57,390 nt of DNA from Patescibacteria group bacterium (GCA_038063335.1 JBBTVF010000045.1:1-57390); one strand, 5' to 3'. Positions 19,906 through 29,094 are shown, counted from the stretch's first letter. Notes: a model not told the origin generated them from the letters alone. Made by a program: numbers and translations.

Positions 19906-20450
19906 TATTTAGTCGCTCCGGCTGCTTTCTTACCTTCTTTTCTTTTTATTATTTCTCCTTGATATCTAATTCCTTTACCTTTATACGGTTCAGGCTTTTT
20001 AAAAGCTCTTATTTCAGCCGCCGTTTGTCCGACTAAAAATTTGTCAATTCCGGAAATTTTAATCGTATTTTTATCAACCACTATTTTTATTCCTTTTTGA
20101 GGAGCCACTTTAATAGGATGAGAAAAACCAAGATTCAACAATAAATTATTGCCGTCCATTGAAGCGCGGTAGCCGACTCCTTCAATTTCCAATATTTTTT
20201 CAAATCCTTCTTTCACTCCGATTATAGCATTATTCATCAACGCCCTCATAGTTCCCCAGTTGGCTTTTGATTGCTGAGATTCGTCCAAAATAGACACCAT
20301 AATCTTTTTATCTTGAATATCAACTTTAACGCCAGACATAATTTTTAATGAAAATTCCCCGTTTTTCCCCTTAAAATTAAAAACATCGCCGTTAATTTCA
20401 ACGTCAACATCCTCAGGTATAATTATTGGTCTTTTTCCTATTTTAGACAT
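19905..20450 (-). CDS. rplF: ribosomal protein L6
   Basis: MSKIGKRPIIIPEDVDV...; operon position. Confidence 0.95.
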   Translation of the reverse strand: MSKIGKRPIIIPEDVDVEINGDVFNFKGKNGEFSLKIMSGVKVDIQDKKIMVSILDESQQSKANWGTMRALMNNAIIGVKEGFEKILEIEGVGYRASMDGNNLLLNLGFSHPIKVAPQKGIKIVVDKNTIKISGIDKFLVGQTAAEIRAFKKPEPYKGKGIRYQGEIIKRKEGKKAAGATK

Positions 20451-20469
20451 ATTTTTTTAAACTTTTTTA

Positions 20470-20850
20470 TTACCAAATTTCAAACAGCGCCAATCCGCCT
20501 ATTTTCGCCTTTTTAGCTTCTTGACCGCCCATAATTCCTTTTGAAGTTGAAATTACCATTAATCCATAACCGTGCTTCACCGGCCTTATTTTTTCAAAAC
20601 CGATATAAATGCGGCGGGACGGTTTGCTGATTAATTTTATTCCGTTAATTGCCCCTTTATTCTCAACATATTTCAATTTAACATCAAAATAACGTTTGAT
20701 TTTTTGCCCTTTCTTTTCAAAATTCTCTATATAATTATTAGAAACTAAAATTTTCAAAATACCCTCATCAATTTTTGAATAAGGAATTTTTACATTTTCT
20801 TTCTTAACCGCCTGCGCATTTTTAAGTTGTGTCAGTAAATTAATATACAT
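20470..20850 (-). CDS. rpsH: ribosomal protein S8
   Basis: LTQLKNAQ... and the C-terminal GGLALFEIW-type end. Confidence 0.93.
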   Translation of the reverse strand: MYINLLTQLKNAQAVKKENVKIPYSKIDEGILKILVSNNYIENFEKKGQKIKRYFDVKLKYVENKGAINGIKLISKPSRRIYIGFEKIRPVKHGYGLMVISTSKGIMGGQEAKKAKIGGLALFEIW

Positions 20851-20855
20851 AAATA

Positions 20856-21041
20856 TTACCAGCTCGCTTTTTTAACGCCGGGTATTTCCCCCCTACTAGC
20901 CATTTCTCTGAAACAAATTCTACATAATCCAAAATCTCTAATATATCCTCTTTTTCTGCCACATTTAAAACAGCGAAGTACGCCTCGCGTTGAAAATTTC
21001 TGTTTCTTTTTTGCTCTTGCGATAACTGATGTTTTAGCCAT
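20856..21041 (-). CDS. rpsN: ribosomal protein S14, type Z (zinc form)
   Basis: 61 aa; CFKCGR...CRICFRE. Confidence 0.93.
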   Translation of the reverse strand: MAKTSVIARAKKKQKFSTRGVLRCFKCGRKRGYIRDFGLCRICFREMASRGEIPGVKKASW

Positions 21042-21570
21042 GTTTTTTCAATGGTACTCCTAATTTCCTGTACAATTCTATTGCTTCTTCTTTTATTTTA
21101 GCATTATTTACAATACTGATTTCCAATCCGAAGTCAAACTTCAAAAGCTCGGGGTTAATTTCCGGAAACACAACATTTTCTTTTAATCCGATTGTCAAAT
21201 TGCCGTTGCTGTCAATATTATTAAGGTTAATCCCCTTAAAATCCTTTACGCGAGGCAATGCTATTTTAACCAATCTTTCCAAGAAATCTCTCATTCGCTG
21301 GCGCCGCAAGGTTGCTTTCATTCCCACAACCTGTCCTTCCCTTGTTTTGAAGCCAGCAATTGATTTTTTAGCCGATGTTAACGCCGGCTTTTGTCCCGTT
21401 ATTGTGGCAAAATCCCTTATTATTTCCGGCAATATTTTTTCGGTAAAATTAGGCTGTTGACTCATTCTCCCAACTCCAACATTAATGACAATTTTTTCCA
21501 AACGCGGAACAGCTAAATCATTTTTACGTTCGGATTTTACTTTTGTTTTTTTAATAATTTTTTTATTCAT
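21034..21570 (-). CDS. rplE: ribosomal protein L5
   Basis: [12 protein letters not shown]...; operon position. Confidence 0.93.
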   Translation of the reverse strand: MNKKIIKKTKVKSERKNDLAVPRLEKIVINVGVGRMSQQPNFTEKILPEIIRDFATITGQKPALTSAKKSIAGFKTREGQVVGMKATLRRQRMRDFLERLVKIALPRVKDFKGINLNNIDSNGNLTIGLKENVVFPEINPELLKFDFGLEISIVNNAKIKEEAIELYRKLGVPLKKHG

Positions 21571-21582
21571 TTAATTAGCTTA

Positions 21583-21888
21583 TTAAATATTGGCTGAACA
21601 TCTTTTGCAAATTCTCGTCTTATTCCCTTTATCTATTTTATATCCGACTCTTGTTGTTTTTCCGCAAGATGAACAAAGAATCGCTGCGTTTGAAACATCA
21701 ATCGGCCTTGGAATGGAGATAATCTGTCCTTTTTCTCCTTGTTTCTTGGGACGAACATGCTTTTTAAAAATATTCAAATTCTCAACTAAAATTTTATTTT
21801 TAGTCGGAAAAACCTTTAAAACTTTGCCCGTTTTATTCTTATCTTTACCCGTCAATATTTTAATTGTATCGTTCTTTTTTATTTTCAT
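21583..21888 (-). CDS. rplX: ribosomal protein L24 (with CxxC...CxxC knuckle)
   Basis: [26 protein letters not shown] motif. The C-terminal part has CSSCG and CKRC. Confidence 0.93.
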   Translation of the reverse strand: MKIKKNDTIKILTGKDKNKTGKVLKVFPTKNKILVENLNIFKKHVRPKKQGEKGQIISIPRPIDVSNAAILCSSCGKTTRVGYKIDKGNKTRICKRCSANI

Positions 21889-22253
21889 ACTATTTCTTCC
21901 GCCATTGTAACAATTTTTTCAAATCCTTTTTCTTTTAATTCCCTTGGAACCGGACCGAAAATTCTTGTGGCTTTGGGTTCTTTTTTTTCATCAATCAACA
22001 CAACGGCATTTTCACTGAATCTGATGTAAGAGCCGTCACTGCGGCGCAAAGACTTTCTTTGCCGAACAATCACCACTCTCACAATATCTTTCTTTTTAAC
22101 GGCTTTTCTCGGCTCCGCTTCTTGAACAGATGCGACAACCACATCGCCTATTTCCGCATAATGACGTTTTGTCCCGCCAAGAATCCTAAAACAACGGACT
22201 ATTTTAGCGCCACTATTGTCTGCCACTTTTAAAATTGAACGTTCTTGTATCAT
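21885..22253 (-). CDS. rplN: ribosomal protein L14
   Basis: [17 protein letters not shown]. Confidence 0.96.
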   Translation of the reverse strand: MIQERSILKVADNSGAKIVRCFRILGGTKRHYAEIGDVVVASVQEAEPRKAVKKKDIVRVVIVRQRKSLRRSDGSYIRFSENAVVLIDEKKEPKATRIFGPVPRELKEKGFEKIVTMAEEIV

Positions 22254-22480
22254 ATAATTTTCTCAATTATTTTCCATCTTTTCTCTTTGCTCATCGGCCT
22301 TGTTTCTTCTATCACCACTTTATCTCCATTCTTATATTCATTTTTCTCGTCATGCGCCTTAAATCTTTCGGTAACTTTATAATATTTTTTGTAGCGCGGA
22401 TGCTGTTTAAGACGCGTTATCGCAATAACGCGCGTCTTGTCCATTTTATCCGATACGATTATGCCTTGTAATTTTCTCAT
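22250..22480 (-). CDS. rpsQ: ribosomal protein S17
   Basis: [15 protein letters not shown]...[16 protein letters not shown]. Confidence 0.93.
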   Translation of the reverse strand: MRKLQGIIVSDKMDKTRVIAITRLKQHPRYKKYYKVTERFKAHDEKNEYKNGDKVVIEETRPMSKEKRWKIIEKII

Positions 22481-22665
22481 TTGTTTATTATCGTTAATAT
22501 TCTCGCAATTGATTTTTTAACGTTTTTAATTTCTTTAATATTCTTGACTTTACCATAAAATAAATCAACTTTTAATTTCCTTAGTTTTCCCTGATATTCA
22601 GACAGATTTTTCTTAAGCTCCAATAACGACCAATTTTTCATTTGTTTAATTTCTTGTTTTTTCAT
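22477..22665 (-). CDS. rpmC: ribosomal protein L29
   Basis: 62 aa, helical, in the position between L16 and S17. Confidence 0.88.
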   Translation of the reverse strand: MKKQEIKQMKNWSLLELKKNLSEYQGKLRKLKVDLFYGKVKNIKEIKNVKKSIARILTIINK

Positions 22666-22807
22666 CCCTCACCCTTCAAAGATTGCTTGTAAATTTTATA
22701 AAAATTTACAAATTAAATCTTATGAATATTTAATTTATTTTATTTATATATAACATAAAAATATTTTATTTCCCCAAATTCTTCATTATCTTTGAAGGGT
22801 GAGGGAT
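22664..22807. mobile_element. F-family palindromic element F2 at the rplP stop / rpmC start
   Basis: Same 20-bp perfect termini. The interior resembles 24731-24875, including the hairpin CTTGTAAATTTT..AAATTTACAA. Confidence 0.85.
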
Positions 22808-23217
22808 TATTCTTCCACTATTCTTGTTTTAATCGGCAATTTATGGCCGGCCCTTCTCATGGCTTCTCTCGCTATTTCCTTGCTCACACCGTCCATTTCA
22901 AATAAAATCCTGCCTGGTCTTACCGGAAAAACATAATGGTCAACCGCCCCCTTACCGCCTCCCATCGTTACTTCCGGAGGCCTTTTTGTAATCGGTTTAT
23001 CGGGAAAAATTCTTATCCAAATTCTTCCTCCTCTTTTTGTAAAATGAGTGATCGCTTTCCTTGCGGCTTCTATCTGCCTTGAATTAATCCAGGCGCTTTC
23101 CATAGCTTGAATGCCAAAACTGCCGAAACTTAAATATATTCCTCTTGTTTCCGTTTGGCGTTTTCGCGACCTCCCCTTTTGCCATTTTCTATGTTTTACT
23201 TTTTTTGGCATTAACAT
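22807..23217 (-). CDS. rplP: ribosomal protein L16
   Basis: [16 protein letters not shown]. Confidence 0.95.
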   Translation of the reverse strand: MLMPKKVKHRKWQKGRSRKRQTETRGIYLSFGSFGIQAMESAWINSRQIEAARKAITHFTKRGGRIWIRIFPDKPITKRPPEVTMGGGKGAVDHYVFPVRPGRILFEMDGVSKEIAREAMRRAGHKLPIKTRIVEE

Positions 23218-23221
23218 ATTT

Positions 23222-23905
23222 TTATACTTTTAAATCTTTTTTATTAAATATCTCTCCTTTGTAAATCCATACTTTTACTCCCACTGTGCCAAAAGTGGTA
23301 AAAGCCGTGGCTTCACCGTAATCAATATCAGCTCTTAATGTTTGAAGCGGCAATCTGCCTTTTGCCAATTGTTCCGTTCTGGCAATTTCCGCTCCATCCA
23401 ATCTTCCGGACACTTTAATTTTCGCTCCTTTAACTTCTCTGTTTTGCGTTACCTGCTCAAGATATTTTTTAATTGTTCTCCTGAAAGGCATTCTTTTCTC
23501 TAAATCCCAAGCGATATTTTGAGCAATAATATTGGCTGAAATATCCGATCTTTTCAATTCTTCAATATTTAAACTTAAAGAAATTTTATTTTTATCGTCT
23601 TTTATTTCTCTTATTTTTTTCAAAGACGCTTCCAAGGCCTTCGTTAATTCTTCTATTCCCTTTCCTCCTCTGCCGATAATTAAACCAGGCCTTGCCGCCT
23701 TAACCGCAATTTTATATTTATTCCCCATTCTTTCTATCTCAACGCTGTCAATGCCGGCATTCTTAATTCTTTTATCAATAATTTTTCTAATTAAAACATC
23801 CTCTTCTAATAATTTTGCGAAATTAAATTTCTTCGGAAACCATCGAGATTTCCAATCCTTTGTTATTCCTATTCTAAATGATATTGGGTTAATTTTTTGA
23901 GCCAT
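23222..23905 (-). CDS. rpsC: ribosomal protein S3
   Basis: [14 protein letters not shown]...; KH domain. Confidence 0.95.
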   Translation of the reverse strand: MAQKINPISFRIGITKDWKSRWFPKKFNFAKLLEEDVLIRKIIDKRIKNAGIDSVEIERMGNKYKIAVKAARPGLIIGRGGKGIEELTKALEASLKKIREIKDDKNKISLSLNIEELKRSDISANIIAQNIAWDLEKRMPFRRTIKKYLEQVTQNREVKGAKIKVSGRLDGAEIARTEQLAKGRLPLQTLRADIDYGEATAFTTFGTVGVKVWIYKGEIFNKKDLKV

Positions 23906-23907
23906 AT

Positions 23908-24426
23908 TTATATTGATTTCCTTCTAAACATTCTTTTTGTAAAACCTATTTTTTCAACTGGTTTCACTTCCTTTATTATTTCTTCTTCTTTTGATTTTTC
24001 TTTTGCTTCAAATTTTTCTTTTTTGATTTTTTCCGCTACGCTTTTTTTGATTCTTTCCTGTTTGACTATTTTAAATCTCGGCTTTTTCGCCTTTTCAGAT
24101 TCAGCCAAAATTAAAGTGATGTGGCTTGTTTTCTTTTGAATCGGCGTGGCTCTTCCCTGCGCTCTCGGCATAAATCTTTTCAGCATCGGCCCCTGGTCAA
24201 CTCTTATTTCTTTGACAAATAAATTTTCCAATTGAATGTTTTTTTGCTTAGCATTGGCAATTGCCGAACGTAAAAGCTTTAAAATCGGTTCGCCTGCTTT
24301 TTTAGAATGCAACAAAAGCTGGGCTTCGGCTTCATTTGCCGATAATCCTTTAATCATATTGGCAACCAAACGCGTTTTACGCGGCGCCATTCTCAAATAA
24401 TTAAGTTTTGCTGTTGCTATATTCAT
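23908..24426 (-). CDS. rplV: ribosomal protein L22 (long Lys/Glu-rich C-terminal tail)
   Basis: AKLNYLRMAPRKTRLVANMIKG. Confidence 0.92.
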   Translation of the reverse strand: MNIATAKLNYLRMAPRKTRLVANMIKGLSANEAEAQLLLHSKKAGEPILKLLRSAIANAKQKNIQLENLFVKEIRVDQGPMLKRFMPRAQGRATPIQKKTSHITLILAESEKAKKPRFKIVKQERIKKSVAEKIKKEKFEAKEKSKEEEIIKEVKPVEKIGFTKRMFRRKSI

Positions 24427-24432
24427 AAACTT

Positions 24433-24732
24433 TTAAACTTTTTTATCCTCTGTTTTCTTTTCTAATTCCTTTTGCATTTTTCCGCCGTGTCTGATGAATT
24501 TTCTCGTTAAAGAGAATTCTCCTAGCCGATGGCCAATCATTTCTTCGGTTACTCTCACACTAATAAAATTCTTGCCATTATGAACGCCAAACGTAAAACC
24601 AACCATTTCTGGAGAAATTTCCGAATCGCGCGCCCAAGTTTTAATAATCGTCGGGTCGCCCGATTTCAATTTTGACATCTTTTTTAATAATTTTTGGTCA
24701 ACATAAGGACCTTTTTTTGAACTTCTACTCAT
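24433..24732 (-). CDS. rpsS: ribosomal protein S19
   Basis: [12 protein letters not shown]...GHRLGEF. Confidence 0.95.
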   Translation of the reverse strand: MSRSSKKGPYVDQKLLKKMSKLKSGDPTIIKTWARDSEISPEMVGFTFGVHNGKNFISVRVTEEMIGHRLGEFSLTRKFIRHGGKMQKELEKKTEDKKV

Positions 24733-24875
24733 CCCTCACCCTTCAAAGATTGCTTGTAAATTTTTATAAAATTTACAAGTTAAACCTTATGAAGATTAAA
24801 TTAATTTATTTTATATATAACATAAATATTCTACCTCCCCCAACTCTTCTTAATTATCTTTGAAGGGTGAGGGAT
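24731..24875. mobile_element. F-family palindromic element F3 at the rplB stop / rpsS start
   Basis: Same 20-bp perfect termini. Confidence 0.85.
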
Positions 24876-25699
24876 TATTTTCTTCTTTTAACTATCATTT
24901 TATTGCTCCACTTCTTCTTATTCCTTGTTTTTCTTCCGCCGGTAATTTTACCCCATGCTGTTTTCGGCTTTCTTGTTCCACGCGGCTGTCTACCTTCGCC
25001 ACCGCCGTAAGGATGGTCGCAAGGATTCATCGCGGTTCCTCTAACTGTCGGCCGAATGCCCATTCCTCGCGAACGACCAGCTTTACCGATATTCGTCAAA
25101 CTCCATTCAGAATTGGAAACTTGTCCCAGAGAGGCAAAATTATCCCATTTTATCTTTCTTACTTCTCCCGAAGAAAGTTTTAAATTCGTCCAGCCGTTTT
25201 CCTGGGCTAAAACTTGCGCGTAAGATCCGGCCGATCTTGCCAACACCCCGCCCGCGCCTTTATTTAATTCAATATTGTAAATAGAATATCCAACTGGAAT
25301 ATTTTTCAACAATAAACGGTTTCCCTCTTTAAGTTCGGCGTTTTCCGAAACTAAAATCTCATCTCCGACTTTCATATTTTTATTGGCTAAAATATACGAA
25401 CGCTCTCCATCGCGATAAATAATTAAAGCAATAAAGGCCGTCCTGTACGGGTCGTATTCTATCGTTTCAATTTTAGCCGGAACATTCAGTTTATTTTGCT
25501 TGAAATCTATTATTCTGTAAAGTTTTTTATTGCCTCCGCCCTGGTGGCGAACCGTAATTCTTCCTTGATTATTTCTGCCCGAACAATTCGGCAATCTTTT
25601 TACAAGCGCCTTAAACGGTTCAACCATACTCAAAACTCCCCGATATGTCGGAACTGTCATATTTCGCCTTGATGGAGTTGTTGGTTTGTATTTCTTCAT
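24875..25699 (-). CDS. rplB: ribosomal protein L2
   Basis: MKKYKPTTPSRR start chosen. The track's 7 extra codons run into a heptamer repeat. GGGEGR..PRG motif present. Confidence 0.95.
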   Translation of the reverse strand: MKKYKPTTPSRRNMTVPTYRGVLSMVEPFKALVKRLPNCSGRNNQGRITVRHQGGGNKKLYRIIDFKQNKLNVPAKIETIEYDPYRTAFIALIIYRDGERSYILANKNMKVGDEILVSENAELKEGNRLLLKNIPVGYSIYNIELNKGAGGVLARSAGSYAQVLAQENGWTNLKLSSGEVRKIKWDNFASLGQVSNSEWSLTNIGKAGRSRGMGIRPTVRGTAMNPCDHPYGGGEGRQPRGTRKPKTAWGKITGGRKTRNKKKWSNKMIVKRRK

Positions 25700-25727
25700 G
25701 GAACATGGAACATGGAACATGAAACAT
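25697..25727. repeat. tandem heptamer CATGGAA x3 + CATGAAA + CAT (ATGTTCC on the mRNA strand) at the L2 start
   Basis: Read directly; four ATGs spaced 7 nt apart. Confidence 0.85.
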
Positions 25728-25764
25728 TGTTAATGATTCAAGCTTCATGCTTTATGATTTGTGA

Positions 25765-26175
25765 TTACGTGGGCATTACGTCAATTTTATGGCCTTCTTT
25801 TAACGTCACTATTGCTTTTTTATGTCCCGGGACCTTCCCCTTACTGCGCCCCAATGACTTAATTTTCCCTTTTTTATTAATTATATTCACCGATAAAACT
25901 TTCACTCCATAAATAGATTCTATCGCTTTTGCCACCTGCGGCTTATTGATTTTTTTATCAACCAAAAAAGCGTATTTTCTTAAATTAATCAAATGACCGA
26001 CTTTTTCGGTTATCCACGGATGTTTTATTTTCATTGCCTCCTGCGGATTAATAATCGCTTTTTCAACTTGCGCCGCAATTTGATTTTTTACCGATTCTGA
26101 TTTTTTTTCTCCCGACTTCACAGACAAATCTTTTTTTGATTGTGTTTTTTTAAAAATACCCATACTTTTAAACAT
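25765..26175 (-). CDS. rplW: ribosomal protein L23 (N-terminal extension)
   Basis: KYAFLVDKKINKPQVAKAIESIYGVKV. Confidence 0.9.
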   Translation of the reverse strand: MFKSMGIFKKTQSKKDLSVKSGEKKSESVKNQIAAQVEKAIINPQEAMKIKHPWITEKVGHLINLRKYAFLVDKKINKPQVAKAIESIYGVKVLSVNIINKKGKIKSLGRSKGKVPGHKKAIVTLKEGHKIDVMPT

Positions 26176-26797
26176 AATGCTTCTCTATCTCGCTTATCGC
26201 CTCTTTTTCAAAAATAATATTTTTATATTTAAGCAAATCATGGACATTTAATGATTGCGAACCAATAGCATTAACGTTTTTTATATTAGAAACGACTTTA
26301 TTTATATTGTTTTTTAAAGACGAAACCAAAAGAACGCTCTTTTTCCCGCCGAATAAATTATTTAAAAATTTTACCATTGCGGCTGTTTTAGCTTTTTTAA
26401 TGTCAAATTCAAATTTTTCAAAAATTTTTAAATCACCATCCTCCGCTTTCTTTGACAAAACGCTGAAAATAGCCAATCGGTTCATTTTTTTATTTATTTT
26501 TTTCGCAAATATCCTTTCTTTTGACGGACCAAATGTAACGCCGCCGCCTTTCCATATAGGTGAACGAATTGAACCATGCCTTGCCCGGCCGGTTCCTTTT
26601 TGGCGCCACGGTTTCTTGCCGCCGCCGGAAACTTCTCCCCTTCCCTTGGCATGCGCCAATGGCGAACGCTGATTGGCAATCTGCGCCAAAAGCGCCTGAT
26701 GTATTAAGGTAGAATTGAATTTAACTTTAAAAATCCGCTCTGGCAATTCCATCGTTTCCGTTTTTTTATTTTGTTTATCAAAAATATCTATAGTCAT
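26168..26797 (-). CDS. rplD: ribosomal protein L4
   Basis: GGGKKPWRQKGTGRARHGS. Confidence 0.95.
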   Translation of the reverse strand: MTIDIFDKQNKKTETMELPERIFKVKFNSTLIHQALLAQIANQRSPLAHAKGRGEVSGGGKKPWRQKGTGRARHGSIRSPIWKGGGVTFGPSKERIFAKKINKKMNRLAIFSVLSKKAEDGDLKIFEKFEFDIKKAKTAAMVKFLNNLFGGKKSVLLVSSLKNNINKVVSNIKNVNAIGSQSLNVHDLLKYKNIIFEKEAISEIEKHYV

Positions 26798-26829
26798 AAT
26801 TCATAATTCCTACTTCATACTTCTAATTT
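26795..26829. repeat. heptamer-periodic tract CATAATT CATAATT CCTACTT CATACTT CTAATTT across the rplC stop / rplD start
   Basis: Read directly; the same word family occurs at 9462-9482. Confidence 0.7.
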
Positions 26830-27418
26830 CCAATAATATCCCTTTCATCCCCGGAACCGCGCCTTTAAGCGTTAAAATATTGTTTTCCTTGTCAATTGAA
26901 ACAACTTTTAAATTTTTGACCGTCACTCTTTCTGTTCCCATATGACCAGCCATTCTTAATCCCGGCATAACTCTTTGCGGAGCCGTAGCACCGATTGAAC
27001 CCGGAGCCCTATGACGATTTTTTTGACCGTGTGTTTTTGGTCCGCCGGCAAATCCATGCCGCTTTACTCCTCCCTGAAATCCACGGCCCTTGTTCAAGCC
27101 GCCAACCTTCACTTTATCTCCTTCATTAAATTGTTCAACCGTAAAAACATCGCCAACTTTTAAGCTTTCCAACTCTGAAACCTTAAACTCTTTAAGGTGT
27201 CTAAAATTGCCCAAATCTTTTAAGTGACCTTTTTCCGGCTTGTTTATTTTTTTCTTTGTCGCGTCAAATCCAACCTGAGCCGCTTCATAGCCGTCTTTTT
27301 CTTTTGTCCTTATTTGCGTTATCGTTATCGGACCCGCTTGAATAAGCGTTACCGGAACAATTTTATCATCTTTCCAAATCTGGGACATTTTTAATTTTTT
27401 ACCCAATATGAATGCCAT
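26810..27418 (-). CDS. rplC: ribosomal protein L3
   Basis: GKKLKMSQIW...GRGFQGGVKRHGF. Confidence 0.95.
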   Translation of the reverse strand: MAFILGKKLKMSQIWKDDKIVPVTLIQAGPITITQIRTKEKDGYEAAQVGFDATKKKINKPEKGHLKDLGNFRHLKEFKVSELESLKVGDVFTVEQFNEGDKVKVGGLNKGRGFQGGVKRHGFAGGPKTHGQKNRHRAPGSIGATAPQRVMPGLRMAGHMGTERVTVKNLKVVSIDKENNILTLKGAVPGMKGILLEIRSMK

Positions 27419-27430
27419 AATAATTTTTAC

Positions 27431-27458
27431 AATAAAAACAGCCAGATTAGCCGGCTGC
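27431..27458 (-). terminator. terminator-like (attenuator?) hairpin in the rplC leader
   Basis: The minus strand reads CAGCCGG-ctaat-CTGGCTG followed by TTTTTATT, ~15 nt before the rplC ATG. Confidence 0.4.
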
Positions 27459-27510
27459 TTCGCAATTCCGTTATATTAAATAACGGTGGCTTAATCTGTA
27501 GAAAATATTT

Positions 27511-27532
27511 ATGTTAAATTAGAATTTAACAT
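27511..27532. promoter_or_regulatory. 22-bp perfect palindrome (operator-like or 5' hairpin)
   Basis: ATGTTAAATT-ag-AATTTAACAT, just downstream of the candidate rplC promoter. Confidence 0.4.
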
Positions 27533-27540
27533 TACCAATA

Positions 27541-27569
27541 AAGATAGCAAATGTGAAAATAAATGTCAA
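27541..27569 (-). promoter_or_regulatory. promoter candidate for rplC and downstream genes
   Basis: The minus strand reads TTGACA-17 nt-TATCTT. Confidence 0.45.
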
Positions 27570-27594
27570 TAATCTACTGGGACAACACGCGCTA

Positions 27595-27623
27595 TTGACA
27601 TTTCATAAAATTGGAGTTTAATT
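27595..27623 (+). promoter_or_regulatory. weak promoter candidate for ORF 27665-28123
   Basis: Consensus TTGACA, but only a poor -10 (TTAATT) at 17 nt. Back-to-back with the rplC -35 box. Confidence 0.3.
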
Positions 27624-27664
27624 AAATTCTAGTGAGCTAATTAACAAAAGAAAAAGGAGAGAAA

Positions 27665-28123
27665 ATGAGAAATATTTTAATTAAAGGCTCGGGTGATATA
27701 ACCGACAGCCAACAATTTTTTGATTTTGTCGTTCAAAAAGCGCAAAGTAATTATTATGTGGTTATTATTTGCGGAGGTGGAACAAAAATTAGCGCCGCGT
27801 TAAAAAAGGCTGGTTATGCTGTGGAGTTTGACCAACTCGGACGTCGCATCACAAAGACATGGGAAGAAATGATGGTTATATGGGACATCTTAGAACACGA
27901 GGAAAAAAGGCTCCGAGATAAGTTTGTGGAGAAAAATATTGTCATACTGCAACCAATTCTCTATGCCGGCTCAGTTTTATGCCCAATTAATGGAGACGAT
28001 CTCGTTAAGGCCTATTACCTTGGGCGATTTAATGAGATATGCGTTCTTACAAAAAAAGAGCGTGTTGAAAAGAAAAGAGTTATTTTTGAAGAATATCCAA
28101 AAGTTAAAGTTATCGGCATTTAA
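27665..28123 (+). CDS. minimal amino-acid-kinase-fold-like protein (island gene A)
   Basis: 152 aa behind a strong AAGGAGAG RBS. ILIKGSGD, VVIICGGGT and PINGDDLVKA resemble the K-GG / hGGG / N-D-D motifs of the AAK fold, but the protein is far shorter than typical members. Confidence 0.45.
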   Translation: MRNILIKGSGDITDSQQFFDFVVQKAQSNYYVVIICGGGTKISAALKKAGYAVEFDQLGRRITKTWEEMMVIWDILEHEEKRLRDKFVEKNIVILQPILYAGSVLCPINGDDLVKAYYLGRFNEICVLTKKERVEKKRVIFEEYPKVKVIGI

Positions 28124-28162
28124 AAAACACTTATTAGAACAAGGAAGGAGGTGATTAGATAT

Positions 28163-28198
28163 ATACCCCACATATACTTACTGTCGGGGTATTTTTTT
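28163..28198 (+). terminator. intrinsic terminator between the convergent island genes
   Basis: ATACCCC-16 nt-GGGGTAT followed by TTTTTTT. Confidence 0.65.
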
Positions 28199-28247
28199 AA
28201 AAAAATTCGGAAAACTCTATTAAAAATGAAAATGTTTTAACCCAATT

Positions 28248-28550
28248 TTATTCAAATTTAAAATTACCAAAATCGTAGCCGTTATCTCTTAAATAAAAAA
28301 GGATATCCTTATCTTCACATTCATGAGCATCATGAATTGCTCCAGCTTCTATTTCGTGTTTATATATCCTTTCCAAATAATCTGGTTTATTTTTGAGAAT
28401 TTCAAACGCTTCGGTATTCAACATTATCCCACCCGCTGGATCCATTTTTGCCACTGATTCTTTTGGCACAAAGTTATGCGTATAGACATTATGCCCTTTG
28501 TAAGTATCTATTTTATTAAATTGAGCGTTGGAATAATTTTCTTTTTTCAT
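28248..28550 (-). CDS. hypothetical protein (island gene B)
   Basis: 100-aa ORF with no family recognised; contains HEIEAGAIHDAHE. Confidence 0.4.
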   Translation of the reverse strand: MKKENYSNAQFNKIDTYKGHNVYTHNFVPKESVAKMDPAGGIMLNTEAFEILKNKPDYLERIYKHEIEAGAIHDAHECEDKDILFYLRDNGYDFGNFKFE

Positions 28551-28630
28551 AATAAAATTGAATTAAAATTTCGCCCAACTTGTTATTATATAAAGTATTT
28601 CCGCATATAATACAACAAATAATCATAAAT

Positions 28631-28658
28631 AAAAAGTCCCGCTATGATGGGACTTTTT
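28631..28658 (-). terminator. hairpin abutting the rpsJ stop codon (terminator-like)
   Basis: AAAAAGTCCC-8 nt-GGGACTTTTT (10-bp stem) next to the stop, followed by ATTTAT on the minus strand. Confidence 0.55.
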
Positions 28659-28659
28659 A

Positions 28660-29010
28660 TTACTTCATCTTTATTTCTATATCCACTCCTGCCGGAAGAT
28701 TTAAGCCGCCAAAAGATTCAATAATTTTCTGATTAGGATTAAGAATATCCACCAATCGTTTATGAACGCGAAGTTCAAACTGCTCGCGGCTAGTTTTATG
28801 GACAAAAGTTGAACGATTGACGGTATAACGTTTTATTTCCGTTGGTAGAGGAATCGGTCCGATAACTTCGGCGCCATTACGCAAAGCCATCTCAATAATT
28901 TGCTTGACAGAATTGTCAATCAGCCGATGATCATAGGACCTTATCCTTAACCTTATTTTTGATTGTAAAGATTCTTCTTTTGCCATAATTGTTGAAATTT
29001 TTAAGCTCAT
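28660..29010 (-). CDS. rpsJ: ribosomal protein S10
   Basis: KIRLRIRSYDHRLIDNSVKQI. The real start may be the internal MAKEES at 28986. Confidence 0.93.
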   Translation of the reverse strand: MSLKISTIMAKEESLQSKIRLRIRSYDHRLIDNSVKQIIEMALRNGAEVIGPIPLPTEIKRYTVNRSTFVHKTSREQFELRVHKRLVDILNPNQKIIESFGGLNLPAGVDIEIKMK

Positions 29011-29042
29011 ATTGCAGAGAAAAAAATTTCACTACAATTATG

Positions 29043-29094
29043 AGCACCCCGCCTTGGCAAAGTAAAGGTTTTGTAATCCCGCCTCTGGCGTGAA
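29043..29094. repeat. GC-rich mini-palindrome cluster in the tuf-rpsJ spacer
   Basis: AGCACCCCGCCTTGGC ... ATCCCGCCTCTGGCGTG; shares AGCACCCCGCC with 56363-56385. Confidence 0.5.

Noticed and set aside
22700-22760. Mini-ORFs inside F2/F3 (ATGTTATATATAA...).
   Set aside because: They are only 5-8 codons of AT-rich sequence, are not conserved in F1/F4/F5, and have no consistent RBS.
28141-28162. A perfect AAGGAGGTGAT Shine-Dalgarno after ORF A.
   Set aside because: No ATG, GTG or TTG lies at a usable distance, and the following sequence is the terminator hairpin. No gene is called.
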